Shown: one piece after another, positions 51,162 to 61,030 of the stretch
Numbering within the stretch: position 1 is the first letter of the stretch
Layout: every line of letters begins with the position of its first letter
Source: Podarcis cretensis
Taxonomy: Eukaryota
Direction of reading: 5' to 3'
Length of the DNA: 64,000 nucleotides
Assembly (NCBI GenBank): GCA_951804945.1
Contig: OX638153.1
Location: 37,758,001 to 37,822,000, forward strand
Program-made: the position numbers and the translations under genes
Notes under the pieces: model-generated
Databases searched by the model: none
What the model saw: the letters and a program-made list of their open reading frames with translations, nothing else
Told to the model about the DNA's origin: nothing

Positions 51162-51752
51162 TTAAAAAGGTTTCCAGACATAGGTGCCGGCTCCCTGGGG
51201 CCCTGGGTGCTCAAGCACCCACAAAATTCTCCATGAAGGGGCTGGGCACCAACAAATTTTCACTCCAGGGCCATGCACACTGCTTGGCACCCACAGCCCC
51301 AAGAACCCACAGTCACGGGGCCAAGCTGGCACTCCTGTTCCCAGACAGTGGTTACTTTCTAAAGTCCCTTATTTCTGTTAACCTGGGCAAAGTACCTAAC
51401 GCAGGAAGTTTCAATGCTGTTACTCAGTTCTTTACTGGAATGAATGGTTGTTGAGTGGAAGCAAAGCTTCATGGGTGTTTGGTTGTTGTTGTTGTTTTAA
51501 AAAAGCTCAAGAACTGAAGAATTGCCAGAGTAATCCAAAGTATCACCTGGGAGGAGCTGAGAGGGGGCAGTTAACACACAGTCTGGTGGACAAGGTGTCA
51601 CGCCAGCAGAAAACCTGCATACTAGCAGAACCATGTCCACATGCCAGTGGGCAGCTTAGCAGGCATGTGATATGTCCACCAACATACGGCCCAAAATGAG
51701 GTGTTCTAAAGGCAGGGAATGGGCATGGGGAGGGAAGGAATCATTCTAATTA

Positions 51753-52003
51753 CAGTGGTACCTTAGTTCCCGAACGGCGTAGTTGTCGAATAAATTGGCT
51801 CCCAAACACCGCAAACCTGGAAGTAGGTGTTCCGGTTTGCAAACATTTTTCAGAAGCCGAAGGTCTGACATGGCTTCTGCAACTTCTGCTTGAGTATAGG
51901 AAGCTTCTGCAGCCAATTGGAAGTCGTGCCTTGGTTTTCAAATGGTTTCTGGAGTCGAATGGACTCCCAGAGCGGATTAAGTTTGAGAACTGAGGTACTA
52001 CTG
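51753..52003. mobile_element. Tc1/mariner-type MITE (LGI1 intron 6)
   Basis: TA TSD and TIRs; related to the 10957 family. Confidence 0.85.
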
Positions 52004-52191
52004 TACATCCAGTCCCCTATTAGGTGCTAGGCATGCCCCAGAATCTAAAGGCGAGGCTTGAAGAGGGTTAGTAGAGCTGGGACACATGTCCCATGGGGTG
52101 TGCTATATATCCCCATTCTATAGCATATGGCGAGAGTGACTTGTAAAATATGCCATCAATGCAGTAAACGGAAGGCAGTTAGAACACTCAC

Positions 52192-52361
52192 CTGTAATAA
52201 TGCAATCAAATTCATTGGGAGAGAGGCTGTTGATTTTTCGCTTCTTATATTCCGGAGGACTTTCACAATAAATGTCCTCTACTGTTGCATTTGTTCTGCT
52301 CACCCACGCAACCAACCACTTTAATTTGCAGTCACATTTGAATGCATTACCTCTAAGGTCC
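52192..52361 (-). CDS. LGI1: LGI1 exon 6 (170 nt, LRRCT)
   Basis: Encodes [56 protein letters not shown]. Boundaries gacag and gtgagt. Confidence 0.96.
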
Positions 52362-53834
52362 CTGTCGGAAGGAGAAAGGAGGGGCGGGGGTTGTAGGTGC
52401 AATACAAGTGCTTTTGAAACATTCGTTTTCCATTTCTTACTTATCAATCAATCAACACTTTATTACGGTCATAGAGCAGCGTAAGGAGGGAGCATTTCTT
52501 ACTTATTTGCAGATATGATTGTAAGTGTGTTCAAATATTGCAACCCCCTTTTCATCTAGCTAAGTCTCACTGCTCTCAGTATGGGCTCTCATTTTATTCC
52601 ACTCATAACTATTATTTTATTTAATCCGTAAAATTTATATACAGCTTGATTGCAAAAAAAATATTCAAAGTGGAATAAAATAATTAGTTAAAAGAGTTAA
52701 AACATTCTCTATTATTGAAACCTGGGTGGGCTTGTCTAAACAAAAATGCTTTTAGCAGGTGCCGAAAATAGTATAGTGAAGGCATCTGCTTGATATCAAC
52801 AGGCAAGGAGTTCCAAAGTGTAGGTGCCACCACATTATAGATCCTAGTAAACGTAGCTTATACTCTGCAAGCACAGGGATGCTCCTGGCTGCCACTGAAA
52901 ATGTCCTCCCCTCTCCAAGCCTCGTCTCTACTGCAGGTATGCCTTGGTTTGCTCTCCACTAAAACACTGGTGACTATGCCCTCCTAATAGTGCAGCAATA
53001 AAACTGCCAGCACATTTGCAAAGCTAAGCAGGGTCTGGTCTCTTTTCAAATTGGATGGGGTACAGTGTAAGCCAACCTCACAATGCCTAGGACAGAAATG
53101 TCTCATACTGAATGTAACCGACGTGTAGAAAGGACTTTATTAACTGAAAACAGATGTTAATATGCATCTTTGTTATACATGAAAATCTTTTAATAAAAAT
53201 AAACTTTTTAAAAAATGGATGGAGGACTGCATGTTGGGATTCCGGCATTGCAGGGGTTTGGACTAGATGACCCTCAGGGTCCCTTCCAACTCTATATGAT
53301 TTTATTATTCTCTGACAAGGGAGGTTTGATGGCACACAGTCTACCCCATTTTTCAACTTTCCCTGTATATAATCAGGGTGTTTTCGACTGTGTCTCAAAT
53401 CTCAACTTTCGGCTGTAGAATTGCACAAACAATGTTAATACCCTTGACAGTGTTCCAATCACTGTCTTCATCAATTGGAAAGGTTTGGTTCAAAACAAAG
53501 TAATTTGCTTGCTATGCAGCCAACTGAACAATTAGGCAGCAGCCTCGTCCTTGCTAGTGCTTGCTGCGTTTCTATTTTGTTATACATTTTTGAAGCTTTA
53601 AAAAATTGGTAGGTTGGAGAGATGTTTGGTAACAGGCAAAATATATCTCCTAATGGAACCAGTTGGTGCCTGAATGTAAATTGACAATGCAACTGGCAGC
53701 AATGGTTTTAATGCATCTGTCACACCACGCCCACCTAATGAGTGGCCAGACCTGTACTTATTCTGTAATAATTACTAGTGAGCATTGATCTCTTGTCTTT
53801 CAAATCATAGTGTTAAAATGAAGAAGCTTTCTTA

Positions 53835-53924
<90 letters not shown>

Positions 53925-55029
53925 TTATTCTTAGCACAAGATCATCCTTTCATTCATTTCTAATCTGTTTCATCAAATACTTCTACGGCAAACAATTAAG
54001 GAGTGCTATGCAAATGCCAAGAAGTGTTTTTCTTTAAAGGATTATTTGTCAGAGCAACTTATTTAACAGTTCTTTGTTAAAATATCATGACTGCACTTCC
54101 AATTGCTCTCCAAAACAATTGTCGAATGTGAAGATTTCCCATGCCTTGTCCATATTTTGACAAACTCTGTGACTTTTTGCTTTCTTTTAATTGTTCTGAA
54201 GATGCAAAGTTATTTTATTTATCTTATTTAATATATCCCACCCCTCAACTGAGAAACAACAACAACCCAAAACAAGCCAGGGTGACTTGCACAATATTAA
54301 GCAAAAACCATCAACAACCAATGTCAAGAAAGAGTTTTCATTACATGCATAAATACAAATTTCTGCCCCCTTTCTGCACGCCAAGTGATATTCAACAAAT
54401 CAAAGCTGTGACTTTTAAAAAAATCCTTTTCTGTTGAAAACAAATTGTCTGAAGCATATTTAGTATTAAATGACTCTCTGCTGTCAAGAAGCCAATTTAT
54501 AATTATATTTTTAATAGCTGCTTGAATCATTATACTTCTATGTAAAAGTTCATTTGAATGAAACTAGTGTGTCAGGAACTAAATTAATCAGCTGCTGTAA
54601 GTTCACAGAACAGTTTAATAGGCATCATTATCACAAATTTATTTGCTGTGCTGTATAGGAATATAATGGCCCAGTTCAGACCTAATGCTAAACTATGGAT
54701 TAGTGTTACATGCACAAACTGTATTGAGCCTCAAACTCATGTGCTTCTCCCTCCTCTAACAGGGCATTAAAGAAGAGATCAGAAATCTCTATTTCTACTT
54801 TTAAATTAGCTAGAGTTACTCTTTATGTCTGAAATGAATGAAGATACTTGTTAAACTATAGTTTGTTTAATCTTGGCTTATTTGAACACGCCATAGTTTT
54901 AGTCAACGTAATAAGGAACCTCGTTTGCTGGAAGTGAAAGCTTCTGATCTCTTTGTTGTGACCATGGTGGAAAAGAAGGAAAGGAGGGGCCCAAGGATTC
55001 CACCCCCCGCTTAGTAGTTCATAGACAGG

Positions 55030-55439
55030 TGTGGTGGGATAATGAGCTGCTTGTGCGTTGAAGCTGGATCCCTCAGAGCTCACTCAGTCTAGTGAAGCCC
55101 TGCCTTGAGCGGAGCCCTTCAGCATGGCTCCGTCAGTCGCTGGTAGAATCTGACAGTGGGCGTTTGCGGAAACGTTTCCAACATAAAAGCTGTTTCACGG
55201 ACATGCGCCTCCTGGATTCCCTGCGTGACAGTTTCCGGCGGGGGGTGGGGGTCCTTAAAGGCTGTCCTGATACCTCCTCACTGTTCTCACTGGAAGTATC
55301 CCAGAGCCTCCCCTCCGACTCCCTTTCCTTTGGAGCTCCCGCACTCCCCCTACTGGTTCCCTCTTCTGCTGAAGAAGTGTCTCTCCTATTCTCCTGAAGC
55401 CTTCTCACCACCTGTGCTTCCGATGGCAGTTCCCTGACA
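55030..55439 (-). repeat. 3' LTR (410 bp)
   Basis: Direct repeat of 59831-60240, preceded in element sense by the polypurine tract. Confidence 0.97.
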
Positions 55440-58400
55440 TCCACCTCCCCCCCAGGGCCCCCTTCACCCCCTCCCGCCTCTTCTCTTACTGGCGGCGAGG
55501 ACGGAAATCCCTGGAAGGAACTCCCCTCATCCTCCGAGGATTCAAACACTTCTAACCACGACCTTCCGTCTCTTTCCCCCTCTTCCTCTCCTTCGTCGGA
55601 ATCTGTTTCCACCTCCACTCCCGACTCTGGGAACCCTTCAAACTCCCCTTCCTCATCTGTAGTCCCGAAGTGTTCCCTCCTAAATCTTGCCACTGGTTGT
55701 GGTTTCCTTGGGAAACGCCGATGAAACGTTTCTATTAAAATCTCGTCTTTGACTTCCTCTGCCGGTACCCATGTGTTTTCTGACTCTTCCTCCCCCTCCC
55801 ATTCTACCAAGTATTCCACCTGATTCCCCTTCCACCTGGAATCAATGATCCCTGCCACATCCATGTTGCGTTCTCTCTCTTCTATGACGGGTGTCCGGGT
55901 GACCTCCCTCTCATGTTCCCCCCACTCACATCCCTCTCTGTATGGCGACAGTAATGACCTGTGAAATACTGGGTGCAATTTCATGTGACTGGGCAATCGG
56001 AGTTTGAATGCTACTGGGTTGACCTGCTGTATGACCTCAAAGGGTCCCAACCGTTTGGGTCTCAATTTCTTACACCCTCCCTTGAACGGCAGTCCTTGGG
56101 TGGATAGCCACACCCGGTTACCCACCCTTATGGTTTCGCCTTCCCTCCTATTTCTGTCTGCTTGCTTCTTATATTCTTCTTTGGCTTTCTCTAAGTTGAG
56201 TTGGAGCTGACGGTGGATCGCTTCCATCTCTTCAACAAAATTTTCCGCTGCAGGTACACTCCACCTTCCCCCGCCCTCTCCTGGAAACGCCCGAGGATGA
56301 CACCCATAATTGGCTAGAAAGGGACTCATCCCTGTGGACACGTTCTCCGCGTTGTTGTAGGCAAATTCTGCCAGAGGTAACCAGTCTACCCAATCAGTTT
56401 CTCTGTCCTTTACATAACACCTCAGATATTGTTGCAAAACCCCGTTTGCCCTTTCTGCTTGCCCATTTGTTTCTGGGTGCCTGGCGGTGGAAAAACTTAC
56501 CTCCACATGCAACATGCTCATTAGTTTCCTCCAGAACCTAGAAGTAAATTGTTTTCCTCTGTCGCTCAAAACCCTCAAGGGGGCGCCATGCAACCTAAAA
56601 ATGTGCTCCACAAACAACCTTGCGGTTTCTTCCGCTGTCACTGCATGTGAACAAGCTATAAAGTGGCACATCTTAGTTAGTAGATCTACCACCACCATGA
56701 CCGCGGTTTTCCCTTTGGATCTCGGTAGATCGGTCATGAAGTCTATGGATACCATCTCCCATGGCCTTTCTGGGGTGGGTAAGGGTTCTAATAACCCTGC
56801 TGGCGCCAACCTCTCTCCCTTTGCTCTTTGGCACCTGTCACATCCCCTGACATACTCCCGCACGTCTTCCCGCACCTTGGGCCACCAAAACTCCCTGGTA
56901 ACCAACCACATGGTCTTGTGCTGCCCGAAGTGCCCCGCCGTGGGGCTGTCATGCAACTGTTTAAGCACCCGCCCTCTTAGTTCCCCACCTGGTATGTAGA
57001 GCGCCCCTTTGTAATATAGTTTTCCGTTCTTTTCCTCAAACCCCCCTGCGTTCTCACCTGTCTCCCTGAGTTCCCTAAGTTTTTCTTGGGCATATTCATC
57101 GTTTTCAATACCCTCTACCAGTTCTCTTTGCCCCACCAATGCCGCCCCACAAACCCAGTGGTCCTCTGAGATGATATGTCTTTCTTCCGCCCCTCCTTCC
57201 CCCTCCAAGTACTCAGGTTTTCTGGAGAGAGCGTCCGCCCTGACATTCTCAGCCCCTGGCACGTAGCGAATTTCAAAATTGAACTTGGAGAACTCTTGCG
57301 CCCATCTTACTTGTCTCTGGTTCAATACTCGGGCTGTTCTCCAGTATTCTAGATTTTTGTGGTCTGTCCGCACTTGAACCTTGTGTTGCGCCCCAATCAA
57401 CAGGTGTCTCCATCTCTTGAACGCTTCGTGGACGGCGAGTAATTCTCTGTCGTACACTGTATAATTCCTCTCAGACTTGTTCAATTTCCTCGAGAAGAAG
57501 GCACACGGTCTCCATTCCGACACCGCTTGCACCTTGCTAGGATCCATGGCCAGCCCCTTGTCCGACAACCGGTACCCAAGGAATTCCACCTCCCTGGTGT
57601 GAAACTGACACTTCTCCAGTTTCACCCACAGCTGGTTTTCTTGCAGTTTGCTCAGTACCTCTCGTACATCTCGCACATGCTGCTCTTCATCCTCTGAGTA
57701 CACCAGTACATCGTCCAAGAACGCAGCGCAGTTCTTGTACAGCAATGGTCCTAGTACGTGATTCATGAATGATTGAAATACTGCTGATCCCGCCTGGAGG
57801 CCGAAAGGCATAACGCAGTACTCAAATGCCCCCAAGGGGGTGAACATAGTGGTTTTCCACTCATCTCCCTTTCTCATACGTATCAGGTTATACGCCCCCC
57901 TCAGGTCCAGCTTGGTAAAAATCTTCCCTTTTCTCACCCGGGTCAGAATGTCATCGATTCTGGGCATAGGGAAAGTCACGGGTTCGGACACTGCGTTTAG
58001 GGCCCTGAAATCCACAATTAATCTCGGCTTGTCCGAGTTTTTTTTGTCCACAAAGAACACTGGGCTACCCCCCACCGCTCGTGACTCCCTGATGAACCCA
58101 CGCTTGAGGTTTTTGTCAATAAACTCCCTTAGCTCCTGCATCTCCCTGTCAGACATTGCATACACCTTGCCCACTGGCAATTGCGCTCCTGGGAGTAAGT
58201 TGATTTGGCAGTCAAAGGGTCTGTGCGGGGGTAGTTTATCTGCTTCCCTTTCGCTGAAGACGTCGGCAAAATCTGCATATTGTCGTGGTACCCTACCTTG
58301 ATCCATTGCTTCTATCTTTGCTAATGTGGCCTGAGTGCCTACTTGGCCCCCTTTTTCTGTGCAGTGTCCCATACAATGTGCTGACCCAAAGGAAACCACT

Positions 58401-58837
58401 CTCTGATGCCATCCCACAAGCGGATCATGCAGCGCTAGCCAGCTCATCCCCAAAATGATGAGCGCTCCTCCCAACGTGGCTATATTAAACGCTATCCGTT
58501 CCGTGTGTCTTGCCACCCTCATTGTCATGGGGACAGTCTGCTGGTCTACTTCTCCCCCCAACAGCGCCCTCCCATCAATCGTGGTCACCTGCAGGGGATT
58601 TTTTAAAGGAATGGTCTGTATCTGATGTGCGGCTGCAAACTCCTTACTCATAAAGTTGCAGGAGCTGCCTGAGTCTAATAGCGCCTTCACTTTTAGTGGG
58701 TGTCCGTTTGCCAGCTCCAGCAATACCTCTATTACAAGAGCTGGTCTTGGGGGTTCTGGCGTGGGCACATTTACTGTTCCTTGGCCTGGCTGCTGTGCCC
58801 CGTCGGTGGCAGCCAGGCGTTGGCTTTTACTTGCTCC
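55133..58837 (-). CDS. pol: pol polyprotein (PR-RT-partial RNase H-IN-chromodomain), -1 frame relative to gag
   Basis: LLDSGS protease; KLDLRGAY, MPFGL and FLDD in RT; H-x6-H...CDRC zinc finger; IDF, SDRG and downstream E as integrase DDE; LGPF motif; chromodomain IIDSRWKGNQVEYLVEWEG...NTWVP. The frame is open from the TAA at 58838-58840. Confidence 0.93.
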   Translation of the reverse strand, partial: GASKSQRLAATDGAQQPGQGTVNVPTPEPPRPALVIEVLLELANGHPLKVKALLDSGSSCNFMSKEFAAAHQIQTIPLKNPLQVTTIDGRALLGGEVDQQTVPMTMRVARHTERIAFNIATLGGALIILGMSWLALHDPLVGWHQRVVSFGSAHCMGHCTEKGGQVGTQATLAKIEAMDQGRVPRQYADFADVFSEREADKLPPHRPFDCQINLLPGAQLPVGKVYAMSDREMQELREFIDKNLKRGFIRESRAVGGSPVFFVDKKNSDKPRLIVDFRALNAVSEPVTFPMPRIDDILTRVRKGKIFTKLDLRGAYNLIRMRKGDEWKTTMFTPLGAFEYCVMPFGLQAGSAVFQSFMNHVLGPLLYKNCAAFLDDVLVYSEDEEQHVRDVREVLSKLQENQLWVKLEKCQFHTREVEFLGYRLSDKGLAMDPSKVQAVSEWRPCAFFSRKLNKSERNYTVYDRELLAVHEAFKRWRHLLIGAQHKVQVRTDHKNLEYWRTARVLNQRQVRWAQEFSKFNFEIRYVPGAENVRADALSRKPEYLEGEGGAEERHIISEDHWVCGAALVGQRELVEGIENDEYAQEKLRELRETGENAGGFEEKNGKLYYKGALYIPGGELRGRVLKQLHDSPTAGHFGQHKTMWLVTREFWWPKVREDVREYVRGCDRCQRAKGERLAPAGLLEPLPTPERPWEMVSIDFMTDLPRSKGKTAVMVVVDLLTKMCHFIACSHAVTAEETARLFVEHIFRLHGAPLRVLSDRGKQFTSRFWRKLMSMLHVEVSFSTARHPETNGQAERANGVLQQYLRCYVKDRETDWVDWLPLAEFAYNNAENVSTGMSPFLANYGCHPRAFPGEGGGRWSVPAAENFVEEMEAIHRQLQLNLEKAKEEYKKQADRNRREGETIRVGNRVWLSTQGLPFKGGCKKLRPKRLGPFEVIQQVNPVAFKLRLPSHMKLHPVFHRSLLSPYREGCEWGEHEREVTRTPVIEERERNMDVAGIIDSRWKGNQVEYLVEWEGEEESENTWVPAEEVKDEILIETFHRRFPRKPQPVARFRREHFGTTDEEGEFEGFPESGVEVETDSDEGEEEGERDGRSWLEVFESSEDEGSSFQGFPSSPPVREEAGGGEGGPGGEVDVRELPSEAQVVRRLQENRRDTSSAEEGTSRGSAGAPKERESEGRLWDTSSENSEEVSGQPLRTPTPRRKLSRRESRRRMSVKQLLCWKRFRKRPLSDSTSD
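55440..55453 (-). other. Polypurine tract (GGGGGGGAGGTGGA)
   Basis: Purine run immediately 5' of the 3' LTR TG in element sense. Confidence 0.85.
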
Positions 58838-59785
58838 TTAGCTCCTTCTCCCTCCTCCCCAACAGCTCCCGCCATTCCTTGCCATTCCTTTCTTTGCGGA
58901 CAAACTCTGGCAAAATGACCTGGCTGTTGGCAGAGAAAACATTTCTTGGCGCCTTTTCCCTCCTTCTTCCGCCCTTCACTGGGGTTTGAAATTGCGCGCG
59001 CGCGCGCTGTTCCGATTTCCATCGGCTCTGCTGGCAGAGAAGGCTGCTCTGGCATCTCTGGAATGCGGAAATCCCTCCAACGCTCCCCTTTCCCTTCCCG
59101 CTTCTCCAAGGCTCTGGCCTCCTGGCGTGATCCTATGGCCAGCGCTGATTTAGTCAGATGGTCCATAGACTCCGCCCTGGGCCCCCGGGAAAGTTCGTCT
59201 TACCACTGCCGAAGATAGTCCTTCTTCGAACAGCATTTGTATCGGTTCCGCTGACAAATCCCAACCTAATTTATGGATCAACATGGTGAACTCAGTCCAG
59301 TACTCACGGACAGATCGGTTCCCTTGTTTACACGCCATTAACTGCCTGCGCGCCACTCCCTGCTCAATCTCGCTGGAAAACATCAGATCCATGGTGCGAA
59401 AAAACTTCCTTGTGTCCCTTAGGGCTTCATTATTGGCTGCCATTAGTGGCCTCACCCAATGTTTTGCCCCGCCTTCGAGATGGCCAATCACATAAGCAAC
59501 CCTCGATTCCTCATCAGGAAAATCATCAAACTGCAGATTGAGGGCATATTGCATCTCTGTCCTGAAGGCTTGATAATTCCTGGGATCACCCCCAAACTTC
59601 TGCACCAGTCCAGGCACTTTCCTCGAGAGCTGGGCGGCTTTCCCCTTTTCTGCATCATGAGCCCTCCTCTCCTCCAGCCTCGCCGTTTGCAGAGCTAACT
59701 GTACCTCCAACATCCTGTACCTTTCTTCCAGGCTAGGACCGGCTGCAGCTGCTCCCCCATCTCCGGCTCCGGCTGGGTTGCTCAT
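58771..59785 (-). pseudogene. gag: gag (capsid plus CCHC zinc knuckle), disrupted by a net +1 frameshift near 59200
   Basis: ORF 59150-59785 has PEG10/RTL-like capsid motifs (KFGGDP..., HLEGGAKHW, KQGNRSVREYWTEF, FEEGLS). ORF 58771-59166 has CFLCQQPGHFARVC. The total span of 1015 nt is 3n+1. Confidence 0.88.
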
Positions 59786-59830
59786 GATGCCTCTCTTTGC
59801 ACAAGCTGCTTTCAGGGACTGTCAGATTGC

Positions 59831-60240
59831 TGTGGTGGGATAATGAGCTGCTTGTGCGTTGAAGCTGGATCCCTCAGAGCTCACTCAGTCTAGTGAAGCC
59901 CTGCCTTGAGCGGAGCCCTTCAGCATGGCTCCGTCAGTCGCTGGTAGAATCTGACAGTGGGCGTTTGCGGAAACGTTTCCAACATAAAAGCTGTTTCACG
60001 GACATGCGCCTCCTGGATTCCCTGCGTGACAGTTTCCGGCGGGGGGTGGGGGTCCTTAAAGGCTGTCCTGATACCTCCTCACTGTTCTCACTGGAAGTAT
60101 CCCAGAGCCTCCCCTCCGACTCCCTTTCCTTTGGAGCTCCCGCACTCCCCCTACTGGTTCCCTCTTCTGCTGAAGAAGTGTCTCTCCTATTCTCCTGAAG
60201 CCTTCTCACCACCTGTGCTTCCGATGGCAGTTCCCTGACA
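59831..60240 (-). repeat. 5' LTR (410 bp)
   Basis: Direct repeat of 55030-55439. No differences seen by eye, and the ORF track gives identical translations for both copies. Confidence 0.97.
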
Positions 60241-61030
60241 ACAGGGATGGAGAATATGTGGCCTTCCAGATGTTTTTCAACTACAATGTCCTTTGTCCCA
60301 GCTGATTGGCTATGCTGGCTGGGGCTGATGAGAACTGGAGGCCAAAAACATCTGGAGGACCACAGGATTACTGATTACATCTATATACATTGTACTTGAA
60401 CATGATATATCTGATAATATATTTATGGGATGAAGCAGGGATTGAACTGACCACAAGTCCTGTTCCATAATCAAATGTCATCCCACTGGAAATGTGATTC
60501 CCCCTTCTCAATACTGTCTTTTTTAGATCTTTTAATATTTTTTTTTTCACTTGAACATTTGAAAGAAGATGAGGCATCAGGATATGCCTATTTTTTTAGC
60601 TTCTTGGACTGTGCCAATTAGTTTCATTGACCAATATGAGCCTAATTTTATGATGTTTACACACACACAGTATTATTATTGCTGGTTTTAAATCATACAC
60701 TACCCTGTGATCATTGAATGTATGTACGTGATGTAGTTATAAATTTAACAACTACAATAAAAATTTCATTTTATGATAGTATATATTGTTTCACTGTTCC
60801 ATTTTCTGTGGATTGTTTTTATGTACACCACTTAGAAATGTGAATAACTAAGCGGTATATAAATGTATTAAATAAATAATATTGTTTTCATATCAAAATT
60901 TTCCATTATTTTATATTATTTATGCATGATTAAAATAAATTAAAAAAAAGACTTTGAACTACATATGCCAGGGGTGGGGTTGGGGGTGGTAGTTCTAGTG
61001 CATTCCCATATTCTGAAAGTAACCTTATTT

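Larger units (their letters stand above)
55030..60240 (-). mobile_element. Ty3/Gypsy LTR retrotransposon (chromovirus, sushi/Tf1 type) in LGI1 intron 4, internally deleted
   Basis: Two 410-bp TG...CA LTRs, 5-bp TSD ACAGG (55025-55029 and 60241-60245), domain order gag-PR-RT-RH-IN-chromodomain, and a PPT adjoining the 3' LTR. Confidence 0.98.

Noticed and set aside
55092-60238. Duplicated plus-strand ORFs (101 aa, 93 aa) and antisense ORFs over pol
   Set aside because: They are duplicated only because they lie in the LTRs, or are antisense shadows of pol; no env-like or other recognisable features.
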